Position numbers and translations under genes: made by a program | Part shown: piece after piece, positions 54,027 to 64,000 of the stretch | Layout: each line of letters starts with the position of its first letter | Numbering within the stretch: the first letter of the stretch is position 1 | Assembly (NCBI GenBank): GCA_963422365.1 | Contig: OY729426.1 | Coordinates: 576,001-640,000 of the forward strand | From: Nitrospirales bacterium | GTDB lineage: Bacteria > Nitrospirota > Nitrospiria > Nitrospirales > UBA8639 | Reading direction: 5' to 3' | DNA length: 64,000 bases | Notes under the pieces: generated by a model | Database searches by the model: none | The model's input: the letters and a program-made list of their open reading frames with translations, nothing else | What the model was told of the DNA's origin: nothing

Positions 54027-55012
54027 AAACCATCGCGTTTTTCAACAACAAAGGCGGAGTGGGAAAAACCTCGCTTGTGTATCACCTCGCCTGGATGTTC
54101 GGAGAAACCGGGTACCGTATCATTGCCGTTGATCTGGACCCTCAGGCTAACCTGAGCGGAATGTTTCTTGATGAAACCAGACTGGAAGACCTTTGGCGAG
54201 ATGGAAACCCAAAAAAAACCATTAATGGAGATATTGCACCCCTGTTTGAAGGAGTGGGAGATATTTCAACAGAGCCTCGTATTGAGAAAGTCGGAGAGCG
54301 AATCGGTCTGTTAGTAGGAGATCTTGACCTTTCCAAATGCGAAGGCGATCTGTCGGAACAATGGCCGAAATGTCTGGATCGGGACAAACGGGCATTTCGC
54401 GTCATAACGGCTTTCGCGCGACTGATTGCCAGCGCCGGTGAAAAATTCCAGGCAGATTTGGCGCTGGTGGACATCGGTCCTAATCTCGGCGCCATTAACA
54501 GAGCCGCGCTGATAGCCAGCGAACACGTGGTCATACCGCTTGCGCCTGACCTGTTTTCATTACAGGGCTTGAGGAACGTGGGGCCGACTCTAAGAGATTG
54601 GGAGAAGGCATGGAAAAAGCGTGTTAAGGATAAACCGGAAGATTTGGCTATTGACCTCCCTACCGGCGATATGAAACCGCTCGGGTATATCGTCATGCGA
54701 CACTCCGCCAGATTGGACCGTCCGGTCAGATCATTCCAGAGATGGATTGAGAAGATACCCATGGCGTACCGGCAAGCGATTTTGGAGACAAAGGACCCTG
54801 GACCGACAGTTGATACTGACGAACACCTTCTGGCGCATCTGAAAGATTATCGATCTCTTATGCCGATGGCGCAGCAGGCCAACAAGCCCATGTTCATGTT
54901 GAAACCCGCCGATGGCGTTATCGGCTCACATCAACATGCCGTCGTGAGCTGCCACAAAGATTTCCGTAATCTCTCGGAAAAAATTATTGGCAAGCTGAAC
55001 CAGGAAACCTAG
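54023..55012 (+). CDS. ParA family ATPase (orphan)
   Basis: FNNKGGVGKT, DLDPQANL, DIGPNLGAINR, PDLFSLQG; ATGA overlap with upstream gene. Confidence 0.88.
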   Translation: MKTIAFFNNKGGVGKTSLVYHLAWMFGETGYRIIAVDLDPQANLSGMFLDETRLEDLWRDGNPKKTINGDIAPLFEGVGDISTEPRIEKVGERIGLLVGDLDLSKCEGDLSEQWPKCLDRDKRAFRVITAFARLIASAGEKFQADLALVDIGPNLGAINRAALIASEHVVIPLAPDLFSLQGLRNVGPTLRDWEKAWKKRVKDKPEDLAIDLPTGDMKPLGYIVMRHSARLDRPVRSFQRWIEKIPMAYRQAILETKDPGPTVDTDEHLLAHLKDYRSLMPMAQQANKPMFMLKPADGVIGSHQHAVVSCHKDFRNLSEKIIGKLNQET

Positions 55013-55084
55013 ATGGTTTCTCCCATGCTTGATTGCTCCCAGGAGGCCGTCGTCATCCGTGTATGGATTTATTCATTCGTTGAT

Positions 55085-55310
55085 AATTCCTGCTCCCCAA
55101 TGAAAGACCTTAGGGACAGACTTTCTGTGTGTCCTCACGTCCCCCCTCACCTCAACCTTCTCCCGCGTTAGGGAGAGGAAGGCATGAGGACGGATCCTCA
55201 ATTAAAAATGTCGGGCGTGACAGGAGAGGGAAGGCCGCATGAGATGCAGCGGCGACAAATGCCTCTACCTCCCCTCGCCCCTCCTTACAAAAGATACAAA
55301 AGAGGGGAAC
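55085..55310. repeat. Cluster of degenerate REP-like palindromes
   Basis: CCCCTCACCTCAACCTTCTCCC..GGGAGAGG, GGATCC..CGTGAC, GGCCGCATGAGATGCAGC, CCCCTCCTT..GAGGGG. Confidence 0.6.
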
Positions 55311-55445
55311 CAAGGAAGGCGCGTTTGCAGGCCGCCTGCGGAGACTGCGGGTGTACGCCTTCGCAAGAGGGCGAGGACCCATTCTATTGCACCACTGAGA
55401 ACCCCTATGCTAGATTCGCCTCTCTTCACGTGAGGCTTCGCCGCA

Positions 55446-56657
55446 ATGCTGACTGAAGATCTGCAACAGCGTTCTGCCCGGACGATCATGGACACCTATG
55501 CCCGATTCCCCATTAGTCTGGTTCGGGGCAACGGGTGTAAGGTCTATGATGCCGAAGACAGGGAATATCTGGACTTTGTCGCCGGCATCGCGGTCAATGC
55601 GCTCGGGCATGGACATCCCAATCTGGTCACGGCCATCGAGCGACAAGCACGGCACCTCCTGCATACGTCGAATCTGTACTATTCCGAACCGCAAGTGCTG
55701 CTCGCCGAACGGTTGGTCGCGCATTCCTTTGCCCACAAAGTGTTCTTCTGTAACAGCGGGGCGGAGGCCAACGAAGCCGCCATCAAGCTCGCCCGCAAAT
55801 ATTCCGTTGAGCAATACGGTCCTGACCGTTACGAGATTATCACCATGAAACAGTCCTTTCATGGCCGGACACTGGCAACCTTGACCGCGACGGGCCAGGC
55901 CAAAGTTCAGCAAGGCTTTGCCCCACTTCCGCAAGGGTTCAAATATGCCGACTTTAACGACTTCTCCTCAATCGAACGCCACATGGATCAACGCACCGCG
56001 GCCGTGATGCTCGAACCGATACAAAGCGAGGGGGGCGTGGTGGTGGCCGAGACGGCGTTTTTGGAACAACTGCAGACACTCTGTCGCGATCGCGACGTCC
56101 TGTTGATTTTCGACGAGATTCAGACGGGAATGGGGAGAACCGGCACCCTCTTTGCATATGAACAGTATAATGTTCGGCCGGATATCATGACCCTGGCCAA
56201 GGGCCTAGGTGGCGGACTCCCCATCGGCGCGTGTTTAGCCATTGATGACGTGGCTCAAGCATTCGGTCCGGGGTCCCATGCTTCCACGTTTGGCGGGAAT
56301 CCCCTAGCCTGTGCCGGGGCCCTCGCCACGCTCAACACCTTGCTGGAAGACCGGCTTCTCGAACGCAGTCACGCAACGGGAGCCTATCTTCGCCAAGGGC
56401 TTCAAGCCCTGGAGAACCGATTGTCCTTGATTACGGCGGTTCGGGGCTTGGGTCTTTTACAAGGCATGGAACTCTCCATAGACGGGCAGCCGATCGTCCA
56501 AGACTGTTTAGCCCGGCGCATGTTGATCAATTGCACGATGGAGAACGTTCTCCGCTTCATGCCTCCGTTGATTGTGACCACTCGCGAGATTGATCGCTTA
56601 TTGGACGTGTTATCCGACGTGTTGAGGAAGCGACTCGAGTCGCTTCCTCGTTCATGA
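55446..56657 (+). CDS. argD: Acetylornithine aminotransferase
   Basis: AGIAVNALGH, NSGAEANE, FHGRT, DEIQTGMGRTG, LAKGLGGG, HASTFGGNP. Confidence 0.95.
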   Translation: MLTEDLQQRSARTIMDTYARFPISLVRGNGCKVYDAEDREYLDFVAGIAVNALGHGHPNLVTAIERQARHLLHTSNLYYSEPQVLLAERLVAHSFAHKVFFCNSGAEANEAAIKLARKYSVEQYGPDRYEIITMKQSFHGRTLATLTATGQAKVQQGFAPLPQGFKYADFNDFSSIERHMDQRTAAVMLEPIQSEGGVVVAETAFLEQLQTLCRDRDVLLIFDEIQTGMGRTGTLFAYEQYNVRPDIMTLAKGLGGGLPIGACLAIDDVAQAFGPGSHASTFGGNPLACAGALATLNTLLEDRLLERSHATGAYLRQGLQALENRLSLITAVRGLGLLQGMELSIDGQPIVQDCLARRMLINCTMENVLRFMPPLIVTTREIDRLLDVLSDVLRKRLESLPRS

Positions 56658-57730
56658 AGACGTGCAAGGCTGATGTTTCACGCAAATCAATTCGGATCTC
56701 ATTCATGACCATGATGACCATGTTGGGACATTCCATTCCTGACCCAGGCGTGTCGGCAGCCACCCCTGCGACGGCACCGGACGGCTCGAAAGACTTGCTG
56801 ACCGTCGCCGCCATTCCCCGGAGCCAACTCTTTCGCCTGTTTCGTATTGCCCGAGAACTCAAGGCCACCCCGCGTCCCCGCCCAGCCGCTCAATGGCTTT
56901 CGGGATTGACGCTGGGCCTGATTTTCGAGAAACCCTCGACCCGCACACGGGTTTCCTTTGAAGCGGGCATGCATCAATTGGGAGGACAAGCCTTGTTCCT
57001 TCCCTCAGAAACCATCCAACTCAGCCGAGGGGAAAGTCTCGGTGATACCGCCTTGGTGCTTTCACGCTATCTTGACGGACTCGTGATTCGAACGTTTGAA
57101 CAGTCCGCATTGGAAGAATGGGCTCGATATGCCACCATTCCGGTCATCAACGGATTGACGGACCGGTGTCATCCCTGTCAGGCCCTGGCCGACCTTTTCA
57201 CCCTTATGGAAGTCAAAGGGGCTTTCGCCAAGGGATCGTTCGAGGGACTCAAACTGGCGTACGTCGGGGACGGAAACAATATTGCAAATTCCCTCATTGA
57301 AGCCGGGGCGAAAGTGGGGATCCACATTGCGATTGGATGCCCTCCTCACTACCAACCCGATCCCGGCATTGTCGAACGAAGCCGCGAAGAAGCCGCCCAA
57401 ACGGGCGCGACCATAGACATAGTCCATGATCCCGACATCGCCGTTGAGAATGCCGATGCCCTCTATACCGATGTCTGGACGAGCATGGGACAAGAGCACG
57501 AACAAACCGAACGCGTGAAGGCCCTGGCCCCCTACCAATTAAACGAACGACTGCTCCGCCGAGCCAAACCGTCGGCGAGTGTGTTGCATTGCTTGCCGGC
57601 CCACAGGGGTGAGGAAATTACGGCAGCGGTCCTGGACGGTCCTCAATCAGTGGTCCTTCGGCAAGCGGAAAATCGTCTTCACATTCAAAAAGCGATCTTA
57701 ACGGAGTGGCTCGGGCGGCCCTGGCTTTGA
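56654..57730 (+). CDS. argF: Ornithine carbamoyltransferase (true start may be downstream)
   Basis: [40 protein letters not shown]. Confidence 0.95.
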   Translation: MKTCKADVSRKSIRISFMTMMTMLGHSIPDPGVSAATPATAPDGSKDLLTVAAIPRSQLFRLFRIARELKATPRPRPAAQWLSGLTLGLIFEKPSTRTRVSFEAGMHQLGGQALFLPSETIQLSRGESLGDTALVLSRYLDGLVIRTFEQSALEEWARYATIPVINGLTDRCHPCQALADLFTLMEVKGAFAKGSFEGLKLAYVGDGNNIANSLIEAGAKVGIHIAIGCPPHYQPDPGIVERSREEAAQTGATIDIVHDPDIAVENADALYTDVWTSMGQEHEQTERVKALAPYQLNERLLRRAKPSASVLHCLPAHRGEEITAAVLDGPQSVVLRQAENRLHIQKAILTEWLGRPWL

Positions 57731-57759
57731 GGCCCTCACGCTCGACATCCTGCACCACC

Positions 57760-59019
57760 ATGCCAGCGCGCTCACCACAAAAGATCAAGAAAGTCGTCCT
57801 CGCCTATTCCGGGGGGCTTGACACCTCGGTAATCTTGCACTGGCTCCGAACGGAACATGATGCCGACGTCATCGCCTTTTGTGCGGACCTCGGCCAAGGC
57901 GAAAATCTCCACGCCATCAAGAACAAAGCGCTGGCCGTCGGGGCTTCAAAAGTCTACGTGGAGGATCTCCGAGAAACGTTCGTCAAAGACTATGTCTTTC
58001 CCATGCTTCGGGCCAATGCCGTGTACGAGGGCTGTTATTTATTGGGCACCTCGATTGCACGTCCGTTGATTGCCCGGCGTCAGATTGAGATTGCACAAAA
58101 AGAAAACGCCCAGGCGGTGAGTCATGGAGCCACTGGAAAAGGGAACGACCAAGTCCGGTTTGAACTTACGTATATGGCCATGAATCCCGACATCGCCATC
58201 ATTGCTCCGTGGCGGGAATGGTCGTTTCAATCTCGTGGCGAGTTGATTCGGTTTGCCCGAAAACATCGGATTCCCGTGACCGCCACCAAGGCCAAACCCT
58301 ATAGCATGGATCTGAATCTGTTTCACGTGAGTTACGAAGGAGGGATTCTCGAAGATCCCTGGAGAGCCCCGCCCGAATCCATCTTTCAGATGACGGTCTC
58401 ACCGGAACGCGCACCTGACAAGCCTCAAGAAATTGAAATCTCTTTTGAGCGCGGCGATCCGGTTGCGGTGAATGGCCGACGCCTGTCCCCGGCCAACCTC
58501 CTCACCCGTCTCAATCGGCTGGGGGGGCAACACGGCATCGGACGGGTGGATCTCGTGGAAAACCGCTACGTGGGCATCAAGTCACGCGGCGTCTATGAAA
58601 CGCCTGGAGGAACGATCCTTCATGTGGCCCACCGCGGCATAGAATCATTGACCATGGACCGAGAAGTGCTCCATCTCCGTGATAGCTTGATTTCACAGTA
58701 TGCGGAACTCGTGTATTATGGATATTGGGTTGCCCCGGAACGCATGATGCTGCAAAAGGTCATGGATGAAGCCCAACGCACGGTGAACGGCACAGTGCGG
58801 CTCAAATTGTACAAGGGAAACTGCACGGTCACGGGCCGCCAATCTGATTGGTCGCTCTATCGAGAAGATCTCGCGACCTTCGAACAAGACCAAGGGTATC
58901 ACCAACAGGATGCCGAGGGGTTTATCCGGCTCAATGCCTTGCGCTTAGCGATTCTCCAATCTCAGGGAACGCCGCGTTCCCGAGGAACTTCCCGTCAAAA
59001 GGCGCCTCGATCGAAATGA
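57760..59019 (+). CDS. argG: Argininosuccinate synthase
   Basis: [38 protein letters not shown]. Confidence 0.97.
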   Translation: MPARSPQKIKKVVLAYSGGLDTSVILHWLRTEHDADVIAFCADLGQGENLHAIKNKALAVGASKVYVEDLRETFVKDYVFPMLRANAVYEGCYLLGTSIARPLIARRQIEIAQKENAQAVSHGATGKGNDQVRFELTYMAMNPDIAIIAPWREWSFQSRGELIRFARKHRIPVTATKAKPYSMDLNLFHVSYEGGILEDPWRAPPESIFQMTVSPERAPDKPQEIEISFERGDPVAVNGRRLSPANLLTRLNRLGGQHGIGRVDLVENRYVGIKSRGVYETPGGTILHVAHRGIESLTMDREVLHLRDSLISQYAELVYYGYWVAPERMMLQKVMDEAQRTVNGTVRLKLYKGNCTVTGRQSDWSLYREDLATFEQDQGYHQQDAEGFIRLNALRLAILQSQGTPRSRGTSRQKAPRSK

Positions 59020-60503
59020 AATCCAGCACACGGGCATCCCGTCGCTCTCATCCAACAGGAACAACTCGTTCCAACCGCCGAACGGCACCCCCTGCCAAAC
59101 AGGCGACGAGCGCTCCTCCAAAAGCCTGGACCGGTCGACTCGCCGAACCAACACATGAATTGGTCGAGCGGTTTACGTCCTCTCTACCCTTCGATCAACA
59201 CTTGTTCGAATATGACATTCTGGGCAGTCTCGCCCATTGCCAGAGCCTGGAAAAAGCCAAGGTCCTGACCCGTGCGGAATGTCGCTCCCTGATGCGTGGG
59301 CTCGAACAAGTTCGAGAGGAGCTTCGTGACAATCGGTTCCCCTTCGCGGTTTCGGATGAAGACATTCATATGGCGGTGGAGCGTCGGGTCACAGAACTCG
59401 CAGGCCCCGTGGGTGGGAAGCTCCATACCGGTCGGAGCCGGAACGATCAAGTCACGCTCGATCTCCGGTTGTATCTGCGAGATCACCTTCAGACGTTGCA
59501 GATGCGCCTGCAAGGACTGCAACTGGCATTCCTCGGACAAGCCCGGCAGCATCTCGACGTGATTATTCCGGGGTATACCCACCTCCAACGGGCCCAACCC
59601 GTCTCGCTTGCCCATCATTTTCTGGCATACGTGGAAATGTTGGAACGAGACCACGCACGCGCGCGAGACGCCTGCACACGCGTGAACGTGATGCCCCTCG
59701 GTTCAGGCGCACTGGCCGGCAACAATTATCCGATCGATCGGGCATTCACCGCGAAGCTGCTGGAGTTCCCCGCGCTGACCCAAAATAGTTTGGACGGGGT
59801 CTCGGACCGAGATTACGTGGCAGAAATTCTCAGTGTGCTGGCGATCATCATGATGCACCTGTCTCGGTTGAGTGAAGAACTCGTCTTGTGGGCATCATAT
59901 GAATTTTCCTTTGTCGACCTTCCTGACGGCTTTTGTACCGGAAGCAGTATGATGCCCCAGAAAAAAAACCCTGATGTACCTGAACTGATTCGTGGCAAAA
60001 CCGGGCGAGTCTATGGTCATCTGCTTTCGATCATGACGACCCTCAAAGGACTTCCGCTGAGTTATAATCGAGACCTGCAAGAAGATAAAGAACCCCTTTT
60101 TGATGCCATGGAAACTGTGATAGACTGTCTGACGGTCTATGCTGAACTGATCCGGCGTCTTCGAATCCGTCAAGACGTTCTCTCAGGAACCGTGGGATCG
60201 GGATTTCTCCTAGCCACCGAGATGGCTGACTATCTGGTCAAAAAAGGGGTCCCCTTTCGAGAAGCCCATCGTCTTGTTGGACAAGTGGTTCGGTATTGTC
60301 TTGAGCACCAGATGGAATGGCATGATCTCTCGTTAGCCGCTCTCAAAACCGTGTCTCCGCATTTTTCCAAAGACGCGCTGTTGGTTCTGACCCTCGAAGG
60401 GGCCATTGACCGGAAAGCCCAGATTGGGGGCACGTCACGAAAACAGGTGACCCGGCAAATAAACGCATGGGAATCGCGCCTCGCCAAGAAATCGAAAGCC
60501 TAG
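59016..60503 (+). CDS. argH: Argininosuccinate lyase
   Basis: [44 protein letters not shown]. Confidence 0.97.
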   Translation: MKSSTRASRRSHPTGTTRSNRRTAPPAKQATSAPPKAWTGRLAEPTHELVERFTSSLPFDQHLFEYDILGSLAHCQSLEKAKVLTRAECRSLMRGLEQVREELRDNRFPFAVSDEDIHMAVERRVTELAGPVGGKLHTGRSRNDQVTLDLRLYLRDHLQTLQMRLQGLQLAFLGQARQHLDVIIPGYTHLQRAQPVSLAHHFLAYVEMLERDHARARDACTRVNVMPLGSGALAGNNYPIDRAFTAKLLEFPALTQNSLDGVSDRDYVAEILSVLAIIMMHLSRLSEELVLWASYEFSFVDLPDGFCTGSSMMPQKKNPDVPELIRGKTGRVYGHLLSIMTTLKGLPLSYNRDLQEDKEPLFDAMETVIDCLTVYAELIRRLRIRQDVLSGTVGSGFLLATEMADYLVKKGVPFREAHRLVGQVVRYCLEHQMEWHDLSLAALKTVSPHFSKDALLVLTLEGAIDRKAQIGGTSRKQVTRQINAWESRLAKKSKA

Positions 60504-60505
60504 AG

Positions 60506-60775
60506 ATGTTAAGCCATTCTCCAGTCCGACGTCTCGCGTTTCGACAACCGGGGCACGCTTGGACCATCGTATTGATCGGCATGCTTTTTTCGTTTACAGC
60601 GGGCTGTGGGGTGGTGGCGGCCCCCATTGCCCCGGAAGATATCGGCATTGAAGCCAAAGTCCGGGCCCAAGAACAAGCCGAAAAACAGCGCTCGACTCCG
60701 GAGAGGACGCCGATCTCCCCGACGCAGGAGTCGGAAATCGTGCTGCCCCCTCTTCGACCCATCGGAACCCAATAG
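60506..60775 (+). CDS. Small lipoprotein
   Basis: Hydrophobic signal ending in lipobox TAGC followed by GVVAAPIAPE; located after argH. Confidence 0.65.
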   Translation: MLSHSPVRRLAFRQPGHAWTIVLIGMLFSFTAGCGVVAAPIAPEDIGIEAKVRAQEQAEKQRSTPERTPISPTQESEIVLPPLRPIGTQ

Positions 60776-60859
60776 CGAGCCTTGAGCAAGGCAACGTGAT
60801 TCGGATACGTTGTCACAACGTTTAACCTGTTGATTCGACGATATAAGGGAGATTGTTCC

Positions 60860-62737
60860 ATGGCCGCACACGCAGATCACGATCAGGCTCGGACGTTACT
60901 TCTTCTCGATCCCTACCCAAGGAACAATCCGTATCGCATGACCGCGAGCGAGCGACGCTCCATTTGGTTTCCAAAACTCAGTTTACCCGTGATTGCCGCC
61001 TACACCCCGCACACCTGGGACGTGCAGCTCGTCGATGAGGCGGTCCAAACCATCGACTTTGACCAACCCTGTGACTTGGTTGGCATCTCCGTGATGACCT
61101 GCTATGCCCCAAGAGCCTATGAACTCGCCCTGGAATTTCGCAAACGTGGCAAAACCGTCGTCCTCGGTGGGGTCCACCCCACCTATTGTCCTGAAGAAGC
61201 GCTGCAATATTGCGATACCATCGTGTGTGGGGAAGCCGAAGACCTGTGGCCACACGTCATGGCGGACTTCGAGGCCGGAGAGATGAAACGCATCTATCGG
61301 ATGGAGCAATTTCCCGCGCTGGATCACTACCGGGCTCCGCAGATCCAACTCCTCAGTCCGGATGCCTATATGACCCGGCATTGTACGTTCACAACACGCG
61401 GCTGCCATTTCGATTGTGAGTTTTGTAGCGTGTCGCCCTTTAATGGGAAAACCACCAGACGGCGTCCCGTGCCGGAAGTCATCGAAGAAATGAAGCGCGT
61501 CAAAGAATGGATACGAGCCGAGGTGGTCGAGCGCATGACGAAAGGATCATTACGGGAGGCCGTGGCCATCGCGGCAAAAATTTGGGTGGGCCTCGAAGAA
61601 GGATCGATCGTGGCATTTGTGGACGACCTGCACAACAGTCACCGGGCTTATTGCCGAGAATTGTGGCAGGCCATGAAACCCTTGAACATTAAATGGGGAT
61701 GCCAGTCCACCCTGTTTTTAGGGGATGATCAGGAGATGGTCAAATTAGCGGCCGACAGTGGATGCGTCTCGGTCTTTGTGGGAATGGAATCGATCTCCGA
61801 GCATTCCTTGGTCGAAACCAAGAAAGGCTTCAACCAAGTCAGAAAATTCGAAGACCAGATTAAAATGTTTCACGACCATGGCATCATGGTGAATCCAGGC
61901 ATGGTGTTCGGGTTTGATAATGATGATGAATCCGTCTTTGAAACCACGCTGAATTTTCTCATTCGCAATCGCGTGGAATTGGCGTATTTCAACATCTTGA
62001 CGCCTCTACCCGGAACCGCCTTGCATGAACGGTATACGCGCGAAGGTCGGATCTTCGATCGAGACTGGGCGAAATACGATGGGAAACACGTGGTGTTTCA
62101 CCCAAAACGGATGACATCGGAACAACTGCAGGAAGGATTTTTTTGGGTCAATCATCAGTTCTATTCGTTGGGATCCATTTGGAATCGACTCCGGCATACC
62201 AGCCAACGCCTGGTCCCCCGTATCGAAATGAATTACGAATTCCGAAAGCTCATCAAGCGATCCTGTCCTCAGGGAACACTTTCTCCTCTTGCAGCCGTCC
62301 TCAAGGATCTTCAGGCGAAACTCCCCACCATGGACACCAGCTTGCTCATTCCCAACGCGTTACTCACGATCAAGCAAACGATCCCCGTGAACCCGCAGGA
62401 TTTGTTTCTCAAAATCAAGGGCCGACGCCACGATGCGTCCGTGGCGTTATTTATCGACCTGGAGGGAACACTGGATCATTTGAATGCCCAGGAACTCCTG
62501 AACCGCATCAAAGATGCCGCGCAAAAAGCCAGGATGGACATTGTCGTCAACTTTGAACATCTTCGGCAGGCCACCCCCAAGGCGATTCAGATGCTCTTGG
62601 ATCAAGACGTGCTCCAGGCGGTCACTCCCTATGCGAAGCTGCGCTATCGTAAATTGAAAGATGCCTTTCATTCCGCGTTAGAAGGGTTAACACTCTTTGA
62701 CCCCGAACTGTTGGAAGAGCTGCCGCACGATGCATGA
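60860..62737 (+). CDS. B12-binding radical SAM protein with C-terminal STAS-like domain
   Basis: VLGGVHPT, GEAE, TRGCHFDCEFC, TPLPGT; C-terminal LEGTLD..IVVNFEHL. Confidence 0.85.
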   Translation: MAAHADHDQARTLLLLDPYPRNNPYRMTASERRSIWFPKLSLPVIAAYTPHTWDVQLVDEAVQTIDFDQPCDLVGISVMTCYAPRAYELALEFRKRGKTVVLGGVHPTYCPEEALQYCDTIVCGEAEDLWPHVMADFEAGEMKRIYRMEQFPALDHYRAPQIQLLSPDAYMTRHCTFTTRGCHFDCEFCSVSPFNGKTTRRRPVPEVIEEMKRVKEWIRAEVVERMTKGSLREAVAIAAKIWVGLEEGSIVAFVDDLHNSHRAYCRELWQAMKPLNIKWGCQSTLFLGDDQEMVKLAADSGCVSVFVGMESISEHSLVETKKGFNQVRKFEDQIKMFHDHGIMVNPGMVFGFDNDDESVFETTLNFLIRNRVELAYFNILTPLPGTALHERYTREGRIFDRDWAKYDGKHVVFHPKRMTSEQLQEGFFWVNHQFYSLGSIWNRLRHTSQRLVPRIEMNYEFRKLIKRSCPQGTLSPLAAVLKDLQAKLPTMDTSLLIPNALLTIKQTIPVNPQDLFLKIKGRRHDASVALFIDLEGTLDHLNAQELLNRIKDAAQKARMDIVVNFEHLRQATPKAIQMLLDQDVLQAVTPYAKLRYRKLKDAFHSALEGLTLFDPELLEELPHDA

Positions 62738-63998
62738 TTTTCACTATCACCATGATTCGCTTTTCTGTGAAGACATTCCTCTCGAACGCTTGGCCAAGGA
62801 ACAGGGCACACCCTGCTATCTCTACAGCCATGCGACGCTGACTCGGCACTTCCACGCCTTTGACCGGGCCTTCTCTTCGGTTCCCCATCTCATCGCGTTT
62901 GCCATGAAAGCCAATTCAAACCTGGCCATTCTTCGGCTCATGGCGTCGCAAGGAAGCGGGGCCGACATTGTATCGGGAGGCGAATTATTTCGCGCGTTAC
63001 AAGCCGGCATCGCCCCCAGCAAGATCGTGTTTGCCGGCGTTGGAAAAAGTTACGAAGAAATTGCCTATGCCCTCGACTCCGACATTCTGTTGTTCAACGT
63101 GGAATCGTCTGCTGAACTTCAGGTCATCAATGAAGTGGCGAGGGGGAAAAGGAAACACGCGCGAGTGGCGCTTCGGGTCAATCCGGACATCGACCCCAAT
63201 ACCCATCCGTATATCTCGACGGGACTGAAAAAAAGTAAATTCGGGATCGGTGCGGACCGGGCGGTAGAGGAATTCACAAAGGCGGTGTCACTCTCCAATA
63301 TCCAGGTCATCGGGGTGCATGCCCACATCGGCTCTCAACTGATTCAACTCAGTCCCTTTGTCGAGTCGCTGAAAAAGGTGTTGGTGCTTATTGAGACCTT
63401 GAAAGCCCAGGGCATTCCGATTCGGTATCTCAACATAGGCGGAGGGCTCGGCATTACCTATTCGAACGAAACGCCGCCGCATCCCCAGGAGTTCGCCGAA
63501 GCCATCACGCCGCTGCTGAAGGAAGCCCAATGCGAAATCATTCTGGAACCCGGCCGGGTGATTGTGGGAAACGCCGGCATTTTGTTGACCCGGGTCCTCT
63601 ATCGAAAAGAGACCGGCACGAAAACCTTTGCCATTGTGGATGCGGCGATGAACGATTTGCTGCGGCCCAGCCTGTACCAAGCCCATCACGACATCTTGCC
63701 GGTTCACCAGGTTCCGAATGCATCGGAAGAGGTATTTGACGTGGTAGGGCCTATTTGCGAATCCGGGGACTTTCTCGCCCAAAACCGAACCCTGCCCTCT
63801 GTCAAAGCCGGCGATCTCCTAGCGGTGATGTCTGCGGGAGCCTACGGTTTCACCATGGCTTCGAATTATAATTCAAGACCGCGGGTTTCAGAAATTCTGG
63901 TGAAGGGCGGAGAAAGTTTCGTGATTCGGGAACGGGAGACGTTTGAGGATCTGATTCGTGGGGAACGTATCCCTGCGTTTCTTGATGCAGAGTCGTAA
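62730..63998 (+). CDS. lysA: Diaminopimelate decarboxylase
   Basis: AMKANS, VSGGEL, HIGSQ, GGG, EPGR, GPICESGD, SNYNSRPR. Confidence 0.97.
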   Translation: MHDFHYHHDSLFCEDIPLERLAKEQGTPCYLYSHATLTRHFHAFDRAFSSVPHLIAFAMKANSNLAILRLMASQGSGADIVSGGELFRALQAGIAPSKIVFAGVGKSYEEIAYALDSDILLFNVESSAELQVINEVARGKRKHARVALRVNPDIDPNTHPYISTGLKKSKFGIGADRAVEEFTKAVSLSNIQVIGVHAHIGSQLIQLSPFVESLKKVLVLIETLKAQGIPIRYLNIGGGLGITYSNETPPHPQEFAEAITPLLKEAQCEIILEPGRVIVGNAGILLTRVLYRKETGTKTFAIVDAAMNDLLRPSLYQAHHDILPVHQVPNASEEVFDVVGPICESGDFLAQNRTLPSVKAGDLLAVMSAGAYGFTMASNYNSRPRVSEILVKGGESFVIRERETFEDLIRGERIPAFLDAES

Positions 63999-64000
63999 AC

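Overview
Chromosomal window from a Nitrospirota (Nitrospirales-like) bacterium, judged from the 16S sequence and gene neighbourhoods. Core content in order: a cytochrome c maturation operon (ccmABC, a CcmE/CcmD-like gene, ccmEFGH and a ccmI-like TPR gene); a broken citrate synthase; a LemA/TPM operon; a CCG-type succinate dehydrogenase (sdhA, sdhB, CCG subunit); pncA; trmFO-xerC-hslVU-argB; a cysQ-like gene; YhaO/YhaN; a phosphohexomutase; a complete minus-strand rrn operon (16S, tRNA-Ile, tRNA-Ala, 23S, 5S); rhomboid, DHH, dus and maf; gpmA; and argDFGH, a lipoprotein, a radical SAM gene and lysA. The most interesting region is a ~10 kb decaying accessory island (about 40.1-50.0 kb). There, a Type IIG restriction-modification gene fragment ends exactly at a CGATAA-N7-TTATCG inverted repeat, followed by a Cre-like tyrosine recombinase. 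Four divergent copies of the RM gene's extreme C-terminal tail follow, two of them preceded by a recombinase 3' end. Each tail sits next to a different defence-like or toxin-antitoxin cargo: Panacea TA, an intact TIR-STAND NTPase, DUF6978/DUF1828-1829, and HigBA. This looks like a recombinase/RM-tail-anchored cassette array. Many pseudogenes and several REP-like palindrome families are scattered through the window. Family assignments come from motif recognition by eye, not database searches.
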